A DNA stretch of 64,000 nucleotides from a virus. Its lineage: Duplodnaviria > Caudoviricetes. This document shows, piece by piece, positions 9,980 to 20,185 of this stretch; position 1 is the first letter of the stretch; each line of letters opens with the position of its first letter. The translations under genes were made by a program, and so were the position numbers. The notes under the pieces are model-generated. The model did not search any database. It saw nothing but the letters and a program-made list of their open reading frames with translations, and was not told the origin of the DNA. The stretch covers positions 1 to 64,000 of the IMG/VR virus record IMGVR_UViG_3300031998_000051. The stretch is one strand, 5' to 3'.

Positions 9980-10140
9980 CAACGCCGTTATTTCTTCTTA
10001 GGTGCGTTCAGTTGGGAATTTCAATAAGCGACCTGGAATACCTGACGATAGGCTTGGCGCTTGATATGTTCACCGAAAGAGGAAATGACGACCATGAATA
10101 TGCCATTGTTGCAACGCAAGACGACTTCGACAGATTCTGA
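9947..10140 (+). CDS. Tail assembly chaperone frameshift extension (gpT-like), reached by -1 frameshift
   Basis: GCT AAA AAA AAC; -1 frame reads KKQPATEREMTTPLFLLRCVQLGISISDLEYLTIGLALDMFTERGNDDHEYAIVATQDDFDRF*. Confidence 0.8.
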
Positions 10141-10150
10141 GGACACGGAT

Positions 10151-10468
10151 ATGAATGGCAAGATATACTGTGACAAGTGCGGTGCTGACTTTATTCTTTC
10201 GCTTCAAGAACGAAAAGAAGGTGATCTTGATATCACATTCATTCAGTGTCCGCATTGCCATGAGGAATACCTGGTAAGTGTCACGGATAGCGTTCTCCGG
10301 GACGCTATTAAAGAGCATCAAGGCTTAATGGATAAGGTGCGCACCGCTACCGATGCCGAAACGTCTAATCGCCTTATTGAAGCTGCCAGGGAAATGAAAG
10401 AGAACAATCTAAAACGATGCTCTGAATTGATGATAGAGTATCATACAGGTAAGGAGACAGCAAAATGA
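10151..10468 (+). CDS. Hypothetical zinc-ribbon protein
   Basis: CDKC...CPHC followed by helical tail. Confidence 0.6.
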   Translation: MNGKIYCDKCGADFILSLQERKEGDLDITFIQCPHCHEEYLVSVTDSVLRDAIKEHQGLMDKVRTATDAETSNRLIEAAREMKENNLKRCSELMIEYHTGKETAK

Positions 10469-11013
10469 TGAAATTCGCCATTGAAGCTCCATGGTACACG
10501 CACCAGAAGATGGTCAAGGCTCTGTTTGAGCATGATCCCGACATCGTTGTTGGCGACATCTATGAACCTGATACCGATGACGCAGAATATGCTTTTGACA
10601 TCGAAGTTCGCAACCATGAGAAGTTCATCGCGCTGGATCGCGCTATTCAGAAAACTGTGGTATTCGGCAATATCACGCTGACCATCGTCCTGTGCGATGA
10701 GGAGAACAGTTCGGTTCATCCGGGCTATGAGCTTTTCAATACGCTTCTCAAGGACAATCCTATCGCCAAGGATATCAAGGTTGTGCGTGATCAGGCCGAA
10801 GTGGATCATGTTTTCGTCCGCTTTGAGCCGCAGGTCATTCAGTTTTACGATGATGACCTGACTGATTACAACGGCAACTGGAACGGCATTGCCGAAGACA
10901 TCGCCCGCGAGATATTCACCAATGACTGGGATGTGAATTTCTGCACCGCTGACCTTCGAGAAGATGGCAGTGATGATGCCAATATTCGCGTTCCTCTGGG
11001 CGAGTGGCCGTAA
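10465..11013 (+). CDS. Hypothetical acidic protein
   Basis: 182 aa ORF with RBS, coupled to upstream gene. Confidence 0.6.
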   Translation: MMKFAIEAPWYTHQKMVKALFEHDPDIVVGDIYEPDTDDAEYAFDIEVRNHEKFIALDRAIQKTVVFGNITLTIVLCDEENSSVHPGYELFNTLLKDNPIAKDIKVVRDQAEVDHVFVRFEPQVIQFYDDDLTDYNGNWNGIAEDIAREIFTNDWDVNFCTADLREDGSDDANIRVPLGEWP

Positions 11014-11059
11014 TCGGCCATGAAATAAATCCTGCTTCTGCGGGAGGAAGGAGAACACA

Positions 11060-14000
11060 ATGGGCAGTCGGATTCAAGGAATCACCGTAGAAATCAATGG
11101 TTCTACTACAGGTTTGGAGAAATCGCTGGAAAGCGTCAATTCTACCATAAACAATACGCAGAGCCAACTAAAAGATGTGGAGAAGCTCTTGAAGCTCGAC
11201 CCGACAAATGTGGAACTTCTCCGTCAGAAGCAGGATCTTCTTAGCACATCGATTGACGTCACAAAGACCAAGCTGGAAGCGTTGAAAGAGGCCAGTGAAA
11301 AAGCTGTTATCGTTGATAATCATGACGCCTACAAAGAAAAGTATGAACCGATCAAGAAGGCAATCGATGAAACTACAACGAAGCTGAAAGAGCTCGAAAA
11401 GCAGTCTAAGACTGCTGATACGCAGATCAAGGCTGGTATTAAAGCTGAAGAGAAATATAATAAACTTCAGGCACAAATCGCGACTACCGAGCAGAAGCTC
11501 GAAGCATTGAAAGCAAAATCGGAACAGGCTGATCAGCAGCTTGCAGATGGCAAAATCAGTCAGGAAAAGTATGACAAGCTGCAAAGTCAGATTGAGAAAA
11601 CCGAGAATCGTCTTGAAAGTTTGAAGAATCGGTCTGCGGATGCAGAGGCAAAGATGAGTCAGGGCAAAATTGCCCAGGAAAAGTATGATGCTTTGCAGGC
11701 TGAACTTGCCGAAACCACTACCAATCTGGATACGCTGAAAGCCAAAGAAGAGGAAGTTAAGGAAGAATTTGCAAATCAGGTTTCAGTAGAGCAGTATAAT
11801 GCGCTTCAGCGTGAAATCATCGAAACCGAAAATGAACTTGAGAATTTAAGCGAAAGCGCCGAACAGGCTCAGACTGCAATGGTAAATATGGGGCAGGTCG
11901 GCTCCACATTGCAATCCATCGGCGGTACTCTGGAAAGTGTCGGCGCAACGATGGTCGATAAACTCACCAAACCTATCGTTGATTTTGCAAAGAGCTCAAT
12001 TGAGACTACTGCGGAATTTGAAGCGCAGATGTCGAGGGTGCAGGCTATTTCCGGTGCAACTGGAGAAAGTTTTGAACTGTTATCCAGTAAGGCGCAGGAT
12101 ATTGGCGCGAAAACCGAATATACGTCTACTCAAGCAGCTAAAGCCATGGAATACATGGTTATGGCTGGTTGGGATGCAAATGAAGTATTCAAATCTATCG
12201 ATTCTGTAATGAATCTGGCAACGGCATCTGGCGAAGACCTTGCCACGGTATCCGATATTGTGACCGATGCTATGACTGCATTCGGGTGGGAAGCGGATAG
12301 GGCTTCGGATTTTGCCGATCTTCTTGCAGCGGCAAGCTCTAATGCAAACACCAATGTGGCGATGCTGGGTGAAACCTTTAAGATGGTTGCGCCTGTTGTT
12401 TCTGGATTGGGCTATGATGCACAAGACGCCACTGTCGCTATTATGGCAATGGCCGATGCAGGAATAAAAGGCACCTCCGCTGGTTCACAGCTCCGGAATA
12501 TTCTGACCAATCTTTCATCGCCCACAAAAGCATCTAAGGCGGCTATGGAAGAGCTTGGAATCTCTATGGTAGACGCCGAGGGAAATGCGCGGCCTTTGAT
12601 GGATGTACTTGAAGACCTCCGTAGCGGCATGCAAAATCTTGGCAATATGTCCGAAGAGACAGCCATGGAGATTATGAATGCCGCCGAGGATACTTCAAGC
12701 ACTGTACAGAATGCTGTTGAAACGCAATATAATGCGCTTAAGGATGCTTATGATGCTCAATATACTGCTCTTAGCCGTTCTCTGGATAATGAATATAACG
12801 CTCGGAAAGACGCTTATGATAAACAGTATCAGGAGCTTCAAAAGTCGTTAAATAAGCAGGTCGAGGCGCTGAAAAAATCCCTTGATGCTCAATATGACGC
12901 CCAGAAAAAAGCGTTTGATAAAGAGTACGAAGCCAGGAAAAAAGCGCTGGATGCACAGTATAATTCTGTCAAAGAGCAGTTGGACGCGCAGTATAACGCT
13001 GCAAAGAAAGCCTATGATAAGCGATATGATGCGCTGAAGAAGGAACTCGATAAAGAGTACGAAGCGCAGAAAAAGGCATACGACAAGCAGTATGAGGAAT
13101 TGCAGTCGCAGCTTAATGCCGCTTATGACGCCCAGAAAGAAGCATACGACAAGGAATATAACGCGCTGAAAGAATCACTTGACGATAAGTACGATAAGAC
13201 AAAAGATGACCTGGACAAGCTGTATGAAGCTACGAAAACCGCTCAAAGCAAACAGCTTGAATCCTTAAAGGATGCACAGCAAAAGGAAATTGATGCGCTC
13301 CAGGCTGCCTATGACAAGAAGGTCGCCCTTATCGACAAGGAATATACCGAGCGCTTAAAGCTGATTGATGAAAACAAGTACAATCGCATCAAAGCGATTG
13401 AGGATGAGATCAACGCTATCAATCAGCAACAGCAGGAGGAAGATGACGCTCTTGAAAAGCAGGAACAGCAGGAAAAGCTGTCCGAGCTTGCCAAGAAGGT
13501 CAATCAGGCAAAGAGCCAGGACGAACGGGAAGCGGCGCTAAAGGCATACAATGACTATGTTGCGAAGCTTCAGCAACAGGCAAGGAAAAAGGAACGACAA
13601 GCCCAGATTGCTGCTTTGAAGGAGCAGAAAGACCAGGTCAATCAGTATGCCGATGATGCTAAAGATCAACTAAAACAGCAGCGCGATGATGCTGTATCCA
13701 CCGTTACCGAACAGTATAACGATCAGCTTTCCGCGATGAAGGAAGCGCATAAAGAGGAACAGAATGCGCTGACCGAAAAGCAGAAAGAGGAATTGGCGGC
13801 ACTAAAGGCGTCAAACGAGGCTCAACTCAAAGAACTGAAGAAGAATAACGAGCAGACGCTGGCGGCAAAAAAGAAGTATCATGAAACAGAACTTGCGGTG
13901 CTGAAAAAGGCAAACACAGATCAGCTCGCCGCATTGAAGGAACAGCAGAGTAATGCGCTCTCAGAGTTGAAAGAATCGCATTCAGCGCAGCTGGAAGCTC

Positions 14001-16801
14001 AAAAGGAAGCTAATTCACGGACATTGGAGCAGCTCAAAAAATCTAACGAGAAACAGTTGGAATCTTTGAAAGATGCTCATAGCACGGAATTGAAAAACCT
14101 AAAGGATTCCCAGTCCAATCAGCTGAAAGCGATGAAAGATTCGCATACCAATCAGCTTAATGCGGTAAAGGAATCGAACACTGCAAAGCTAAAGGCTCTT
14201 AAGGATTCACAGCAGAAATCCTTGAAGAACCTTAAACAGCACCATCAAGACCGACTGGCAGAAGTCAAGAAACAGAATGAGCGCGAGCTTAAAGAGCAGA
14301 AGGCAAAGCTGAAAGCGCAAGCTGAAGCCGAAGCCGAGGGTATGTCTCTTCCGCAAGCAGCAATTGCGAAAGCTATCGGCGGCAAGCAAGGCATGGCGAG
14401 TGTTTATGCGATTGCTAATACAGATCAAGAGAAATGGGATTCTTACAAGGATTCTGTGAATTCGGCTGGCTTTTCTCTTTTGGATTTTTCCAAGAAAGCT
14501 GAAGAAGCCGGTTATTCCATAGATAGGATGAAACAGAATCTTGAAAAGTATGGAATAACCAGCGATGAATTCGAGACTGCTTTGAAGCGCAGCAATGGCA
14601 ACGCCGAAGATTTCACTAATACACTCCTCGGTTTAGCTGATGAAGGAACGAATCTTGACGATATCATTTCTGACTTGGGCATTCCGATGGATAATCTGCA
14701 AGACATAATGGATAATACCAGCGGCGCAGCCGAAGGTATGAGCGACGTTATGCGCGATAATCTGAACGGTCAGTTGGAAATACTGAAATCGACCATTAAC
14801 GGCATAAAAGAAGACGTCGGTAAAATCCTTATGCCGCTGGTTGAAAAAGTTGTCGCAAAGCTCCAGGCGGTTGCAAATTGGATTCATAATCTGGATGACA
14901 AAACGAAAAACCTTATTGTAACTGGCGCTGGTATTGTCGCAGCCATCGGACCGATTCTTGTGGTGGGCGGGAAGCTCAGTTCAAAGTTTGGAGGACTGCT
15001 GCAAAAAATCAGTGAAGGTAAAGGAATTATCGGCGGGCTGTTCACAAAGATGAAAAGCGGCGAAGGTGTTATTGGGATGCTTGGCGATAAATTCGCGGCG
15101 CTGGGTGCTGGGCCAATCGCGGGAATTGTAGCATCTATCGGTGTTCTGATTGCCGCTTTCGTCAACTTGTGGCAAAACAATGAGGAGTTCCGAGAAAAGA
15201 TAACGGCCATCTGGGAGGGTCTCAAAACAAAGTTTGATGAATTCGGTCAACGAATCCTCGAAGGACTGAATAAAATGGGCTTTGACTTTGAGGACTTCGG
15301 TGAAGTCGTATCTGCGGCAATCGAAGGGTTAAAGACACTATGGAATGGGTTCTGTGAACTGCTTGCGCCAGTCTTTGAAGCTGCATTTGGACTTGTTTCA
15401 AGCGCTCTTGAATTAGCTCTCGATGTACTTGGCGATCTGTTCGAAGCGTTCACATCGCTGTTCTCCGGCGACTGGGAAGGCTTCTGGAATGGTATCGGGC
15501 AAATATTCACGGATTTGTGGGACGCGATTCAGCGAAATTTTCAGATCGTCATTGATGCTATAACCGGTATCATTGACGTGTTCCTTGGCTGGTTCGGGAC
15601 AAGCTGGGAAGAAGTATTCGAGGGTGCAAAAACATTCATAGATGGCGTACTTTCCTCGATTGTGGGTTTCTTTGAGAATGCCATTGGTACAATCAAAAAA
15701 GCCTGGGAAGATGTGACCGGTTTTATTTCCCGGATAGGCGAAGAAGTATCAGAAAAGGCTACCACATTGTGGAATGGCATAAAGACAACCGTAACTGACA
15801 CCGCACAAAAAGCTGTTGAGGGCGTAAAAGACTGGTGGGAAGGTATTCCCGGCTGGTTTGAAGGTAAATGGAATTCCATAAAAGAAAACGAGACGCTCAA
15901 AAAGGTCGGTGGAGCAATAGAAGGATTCTTCAAAGACTCCTATAATGCTATCGCCGGTCCGAAAGGCGTCTGGACGAATGTCAGTGGCTGGTTTGAACAG
16001 CGCTGGAAAGATATAAAGGAAAACCAGACCTTGAAATCCCTCGGCGGTGCCATACAAGGATTCTTCAAAAGCCCATGGGATGCCATCACAGGACCGACAG
16101 GCATCTGGACAAATGTCAATAGCTGGTTTGAGAAGAAGTGGAAAGCTATCGCAGAAAACAAAGAGCTTAAAGGCATTCTCGATGCCGTCACAAAGCCGTT
16201 TAAGAATGCTTATAACTTGATACTTGGTCAGGATGGCATTTTTGCAAAACTGAAGGAAGGCATCGAAAAAGTAATCGGAAAAATCAAAAGCATTTTTGAT
16301 TTCAAATGGAGCTTTCCGAAGCCGAAGATGCCGCACTTCAATGTTTCATGGCACCAGGTAGGCCCGATTTCATTGCCAAGTGTTAGTGTCGAATGGTATA
16401 AGAAAGCTATGGACAACGCCATGCTTCTGACCAATCCGACCATATTCGGCATGATGGGTAATAAGCTGCTTGGAGGTGGCGAAGCAGGGAATGAGGTTGT
16501 CGCCGGTGCTGATAAGCTGATGTCGATGATCCAGTCTGCTGTTGCACAGACGATAGACCGGTCACGGTTTGCCGCCATGACGGTTGGCACCACGAATAGT
16601 TCCATGAACAGCCTTGCCGCAGGATCAGCCGATGATGCGACAGGGCGAACGATCATTGCAATGTTGTCCAGGTATCTGCCCTATCTGCCAGAGGTTGCCA
16701 ACATGAAGATGGTGACTGATACTGGCGTTCTGGTGGGACAACTTTCACCAGGGATCAACAAGCAGCTGGGCGTCATATCACAGCGGCAAAGGAGGCAGTG
16801 A
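11060..16801 (+). CDS. Tape measure protein (TP901-type core) with a long internal coiled-coil insertion
   Basis: 1913 aa; FEAQMSRVQAISGATG, SGEDLATVSDIVTDAMTAF, MLGETFK core; PKMPHF..VEWYKKAM C-terminus. Confidence 0.95.
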   Translation: MGSRIQGITVEINGSTTGLEKSLESVNSTINNTQSQLKDVEKLLKLDPTNVELLRQKQDLLSTSIDVTKTKLEALKEASEKAVIVDNHDAYKEKYEPIKKAIDETTTKLKELEKQSKTADTQIKAGIKAEEKYNKLQAQIATTEQKLEALKAKSEQADQQLADGKISQEKYDKLQSQIEKTENRLESLKNRSADAEAKMSQGKIAQEKYDALQAELAETTTNLDTLKAKEEEVKEEFANQVSVEQYNALQREIIETENELENLSESAEQAQTAMVNMGQVGSTLQSIGGTLESVGATMVDKLTKPIVDFAKSSIETTAEFEAQMSRVQAISGATGESFELLSSKAQDIGAKTEYTSTQAAKAMEYMVMAGWDANEVFKSIDSVMNLATASGEDLATVSDIVTDAMTAFGWEADRASDFADLLAAASSNANTNVAMLGETFKMVAPVVSGLGYDAQDATVAIMAMADAGIKGTSAGSQLRNILTNLSSPTKASKAAMEELGISMVDAEGNARPLMDVLEDLRSGMQNLGNMSEETAMEIMNAAEDTSSTVQNAVETQYNALKDAYDAQYTALSRSLDNEYNARKDAYDKQYQELQKSLNKQVEALKKSLDAQYDAQKKAFDKEYEARKKALDAQYNSVKEQLDAQYNAAKKAYDKRYDALKKELDKEYEAQKKAYDKQYEELQSQLNAAYDAQKEAYDKEYNALKESLDDKYDKTKDDLDKLYEATKTAQSKQLESLKDAQQKEIDALQAAYDKKVALIDKEYTERLKLIDENKYNRIKAIEDEINAINQQQQEEDDALEKQEQQEKLSELAKKVNQAKSQDEREAALKAYNDYVAKLQQQARKKERQAQIAALKEQKDQVNQYADDAKDQLKQQRDDAVSTVTEQYNDQLSAMKEAHKEEQNALTEKQKEELAALKASNEAQLKELKKNNEQTLAAKKKYHETELAVLKKANTDQLAALKEQQSNALSELKESHSAQLEAQKEANSRTLEQLKKSNEKQLESLKDAHSTELKNLKDSQSNQLKAMKDSHTNQLNAVKESNTAKLKALKDSQQKSLKNLKQHHQDRLAEVKKQNERELKEQKAKLKAQAEAEAEGMSLPQAAIAKAIGGKQGMASVYAIANTDQEKWDSYKDSVNSAGFSLLDFSKKAEEAGYSIDRMKQNLEKYGITSDEFETALKRSNGNAEDFTNTLLGLADEGTNLDDIISDLGIPMDNLQDIMDNTSGAAEGMSDVMRDNLNGQLEILKSTINGIKEDVGKILMPLVEKVVAKLQAVANWIHNLDDKTKNLIVTGAGIVAAIGPILVVGGKLSSKFGGLLQKISEGKGIIGGLFTKMKSGEGVIGMLGDKFAALGAGPIAGIVASIGVLIAAFVNLWQNNEEFREKITAIWEGLKTKFDEFGQRILEGLNKMGFDFEDFGEVVSAAIEGLKTLWNGFCELLAPVFEAAFGLVSSALELALDVLGDLFEAFTSLFSGDWEGFWNGIGQIFTDLWDAIQRNFQIVIDAITGIIDVFLGWFGTSWEEVFEGAKTFIDGVLSSIVGFFENAIGTIKKAWEDVTGFISRIGEEVSEKATTLWNGIKTTVTDTAQKAVEGVKDWWEGIPGWFEGKWNSIKENETLKKVGGAIEGFFKDSYNAIAGPKGVWTNVSGWFEQRWKDIKENQTLKSLGGAIQGFFKSPWDAITGPTGIWTNVNSWFEKKWKAIAENKELKGILDAVTKPFKNAYNLILGQDGIFAKLKEGIEKVIGKIKSIFDFKWSFPKPKMPHFNVSWHQVGPISLPSVSVEWYKKAMDNAMLLTNPTIFGMMGNKLLGGGEAGNEVVAGADKLMSMIQSAVAQTIDRSRFAAMTVGTTNSSMNSLAAGSADDATGRTIIAMLSRYLPYLPEVANMKMVTDTGVLVGQLSPGINKQLGVISQRQRRQ

Positions 16802-16802
16802 T

Positions 16803-17498
16803 ATGTACCATTCGATAAAAATATCAGGTAAGAACACGTATGAGGAATGGGGCCTTGTGCCAACCAGCAGGCCGGTTATCAACCCGCCGCAGGTGAAAAG
16901 CACATATCTTGATCTGCCTTCCGTGCATGGCCAGCTCGACTACACCGAGTATCTGCTGCAGGAAGTACCGTATGGACAAAGGGAGGGCTCCTGGGAGTTC
17001 TCCCTGCGTCCACGCAGCAATTGGGCTAATGTGTATAGTTCCATCCTCAATTACCTTCACGGGAAGCGGCACATCGTCATTCTGGAGGATAATCCGCTCT
17101 ATCAGTACGTCGGGCGGCTGTCCGTAAATGAATGGCAGTCCAACCAGAACCGCTCCATTATCGTGATCGATTACAACCTCGACCCATTCAAGTATAGTAC
17201 CGAGGCTTCGGACGATACAGAATGGATGTGGGATGACCTGTTCACGGACTGTATTCGGTATGGAAAGTTCACGGTCAGTGGGCAGAAATACCGCAACTTC
17301 ATCAATGCCGGTCTGAAAGAGGCTATTCCTACAATCACATGCTCGGCAGCGATGACAGTAACATTCAACGAGACGGACTTTTCCCTTGTCAAAGGGAAGA
17401 ACTACAACGCCAACTTCGCATTGCAACCCGGCGATAACGAAATGCTGTTTGTTGGCAATGGTGAAGTGACAATTTCATATCGGGAGGTGTCCTTGTGA
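16803..17498 (+). CDS. Distal tail protein (Dit-like)
   Basis: Follows tape measure; TYEEWGL..PP.VKSTY..LP..HGQLD..YGQREG. Confidence 0.8.
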   Translation: MYHSIKISGKNTYEEWGLVPTSRPVINPPQVKSTYLDLPSVHGQLDYTEYLLQEVPYGQREGSWEFSLRPRSNWANVYSSILNYLHGKRHIVILEDNPLYQYVGRLSVNEWQSNQNRSIIVIDYNLDPFKYSTEASDDTEWMWDDLFTDCIRYGKFTVSGQKYRNFINAGLKEAIPTITCSAAMTVTFNETDFSLVKGKNYNANFALQPGDNEMLFVGNGEVTISYREVSL

Positions 17499-19252
17499 TA
17501 TATCGAGTTTTGATGAATGGACAGGACATCTTCAATCCGCAGGAAAGACAATATGCTTTGATCGAACCACATCTTTCAGTGGAACTGAATACCGCTGGGA
17601 GCTTTGAGTTTACCATGCACCCTTCACATCCGTTCTATGACAGCGTGAATGCATTCACCTCCATGATCGATGTGTTTGAAAGTGAAGTGTTGCTGTGGTT
17701 CGGTCGGCCTATTGAAATCACAACCGATTTCTATAACCAGAAAAAGGTATACTGTGAAGGAGCGTTAGCATTCTTCAATGACAGTATCCAGCGCCCATAC
17801 GAGTATACCAGCATCTCAATTCGCACATTCTTCCAAACTGTGATTGCAAATCACAATGCCCAGGTAGACAGCTATAAACAATTCACGGTTGGGAACATCA
17901 CGATAGAGGATAAGAAAGTTTATCGCAAACTCGACTATGGCAGCACATTTGACTGTTTGAAGAAACAATGTCTGGATGCTGTGGGCGGTTATTTCTTCTT
18001 CCGGCGCGAGAATGGCGTGAACTATATCGACTGGCTGGCCGAGATGCCATACTCGACCAACCAGCCGGTTGAATTCGGTCTGAATATGCTGGATGCTTCT
18101 ACAGAATTCGATATGACGGAATTCTGCACGGTTGTGCTGCCTATTGGCGATGAAGTGGATGGTGCAAGGCTGACGGTGGCAAGCGTGAACGACGGCAGTG
18201 ACATCATAGAAAGCGATGCCGTATCAGAGTATGGCAAGATCGTCAAGTGTGTGGAGTTTTCGGGCGTAACTCATGCCGATACGCTATACGAAGATGGCGT
18301 GGAATATCTTCAAAACAGGCAGTTTGACAACATGACCATCGAATGCACAGCTGCGGAGCTGCATTGGCAAAACGAGAACTATACGCTGTTTCGGCTTGGC
18401 CAGAAGGTTCATGCGCATTCTGTTCCACATATCATCGACAAGAATTTCGATCTAATGAAGCTGGATATTTCACTGGACACGGCAGAAAAGCAGATCACGC
18501 TCGGTACATACCGCAGGCCGACTCTGACGGAGATCACCAATGATGCAGGTTCGACTGCTGATCTTGGCGACATAACAGAACAATTATCTGACATCAGTAG
18601 CATCATAGATGGCATTACAGACGTGCCTACCGTAGATGACATCACGGGAGACATTCGAGACACTCTGGATGATATTGATGATCTGCTTGATGATGAGGGT
18701 TTCCATGACCATATCCAAGACTTATTGGACGATAATGATTTAGATGACTGGCTGATCGACCACGGAGTACCGGAAGATGAATTGGATGATGTCACGCCAG
18801 AAGACGTCATTAATTATATTCAAGAGGATATTGAAGAAATAACCGTTGATCTTGGCGATGCTGAGGACTATGACGACCTTAGTGACATAAACGATGATCT
18901 TGGCGACTATTGGAGCGACAATGAAACTATTTTCAATTATGATACCAGCGGCGGCGGTAGTAGTAGCTACAGCGATATTGGCGGTAAGATATCCGGCACA
19001 AGCAGCACGATCAGTGGTGCCACAGATGACGGATCGCTTGCAGAAGTCAAAGCTCAGCTCACAGAGCTGACCAAGCGTGTTGATAGCTTGCGCGACTACA
19101 ACGAGCTGATGGCTGCTTGGGAGAAAGAAGTTGATAAAAAGCTCGCAGACCTCGAAGAGCTGGTTGATGCCATTGCCAAGGATGCCTGGGTGCATGAGAT
19201 CGACGGCGAGCGCGTTGAAGTTGGCATCGTGAACTTCGTGACCAATGTTTAA
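17495..19252 (+). CDS. Tail-associated (Tal/endopeptidase-tail family) protein with Asp-rich C-terminal region
   Basis: ELNTAGSFEFTMHP, VYCEGALAFFNDS, FRLGQKVH; position after Dit. Confidence 0.8.
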   Translation: MIYRVLMNGQDIFNPQERQYALIEPHLSVELNTAGSFEFTMHPSHPFYDSVNAFTSMIDVFESEVLLWFGRPIEITTDFYNQKKVYCEGALAFFNDSIQRPYEYTSISIRTFFQTVIANHNAQVDSYKQFTVGNITIEDKKVYRKLDYGSTFDCLKKQCLDAVGGYFFFRRENGVNYIDWLAEMPYSTNQPVEFGLNMLDASTEFDMTEFCTVVLPIGDEVDGARLTVASVNDGSDIIESDAVSEYGKIVKCVEFSGVTHADTLYEDGVEYLQNRQFDNMTIECTAAELHWQNENYTLFRLGQKVHAHSVPHIIDKNFDLMKLDISLDTAEKQITLGTYRRPTLTEITNDAGSTADLGDITEQLSDISSIIDGITDVPTVDDITGDIRDTLDDIDDLLDDEGFHDHIQDLLDDNDLDDWLIDHGVPEDELDDVTPEDVINYIQEDIEEITVDLGDAEDYDDLSDINDDLGDYWSDNETIFNYDTSGGGSSSYSDIGGKISGTSSTISGATDDGSLAEVKAQLTELTKRVDSLRDYNELMAAWEKEVDKKLADLEELVDAIAKDAWVHEIDGERVEVGIVNFVTNV

Positions 19253-19264
19253 GGTGGTGGCGAC

Positions 19265-20185
19265 ATGATCAACATCAATGGCCACAGGTTTATGACGCTG
19301 ATCGACCCGATATACATCAACGGACGGCGCGTAAACAAAGTATTTGCGAACGGGAAACAGGTATATCCATGCCTGCCAGATGGAATAAAAGTTGTCACTT
19401 TGCCGACTAAAACCGAGTATGAAGCAGGGGAGACAATTGACTATACAGGAATAGTCGTTACAGCAATTAATGCAGATGGTTCATTGTGGAAGTCTATCGA
19501 CTATCCTGATGGCATCATTCCATTTGATGAGTTGATTTTCCCAACGAAATACACTGGCGGTGAAGAAACGGTATATTATACCGACTATTCTGGCTTTAAT
19601 TGTGTGATAATTCAAGCAAGGAAATATACAGAATACCGATATGATAGAAGTTCCTATTGGCAAAAGGATTGGCAGACATTTTATAGATCTTCACAACCGA
19701 TCGGTCTGAATTACAGCTGGGAACATCCAGAAGTATTCTTTGGTATGGGACAAGTGTCCGGAGAAAACGATGTTGCAATGACGCAGTATAAAGGGAACCT
19801 ATTTGCATATTTAATAAGCGGAAATAATGGTCACGATATATGCTATATGTCAACAGCGTCATACGGCAATCCATATTATTGGAGCTTTCCTTATGGTACT
19901 ACTCACCGCCTTACGTTGAATAGGTTTGTACGCTTGTTTACTCTGAAGGGACAACGCGCTCCAATAAACTATGGTGATGAGTGCTATGATCCATACGGCT
20001 TTAATTTTGATTTGTACTATTTTGATAAATTTCTTGTCCCTGAATCATCAGTCAACCCTCTCGGACGCAATCTTGATAGTTTGTCTCGCGTCCAACTTCC
20101 GTTTCAAATTCAATGGGAAAGATACAATGACAAGAAAGTCCTTGAAACATCTGTTGAACTACACGTCCATTATAGTGATGGATGA
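19265..20185 (+). CDS. Tail-region protein with bacterial Ig-like domain
   Basis: IKVVTLPTKTEYEAGETIDYTGIVVTA is a bacterial Ig-like (group 3) signature. Confidence 0.6.
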   Translation: MININGHRFMTLIDPIYINGRRVNKVFANGKQVYPCLPDGIKVVTLPTKTEYEAGETIDYTGIVVTAINADGSLWKSIDYPDGIIPFDELIFPTKYTGGEETVYYTDYSGFNCVIIQARKYTEYRYDRSSYWQKDWQTFYRSSQPIGLNYSWEHPEVFFGMGQVSGENDVAMTQYKGNLFAYLISGNNGHDICYMSTASYGNPYYWSFPYGTTHRLTLNRFVRLFTLKGQRAPINYGDECYDPYGFNFDLYYFDKFLVPESSVNPLGRNLDSLSRVQLPFQIQWERYNDKKVLETSVELHVHYSDG

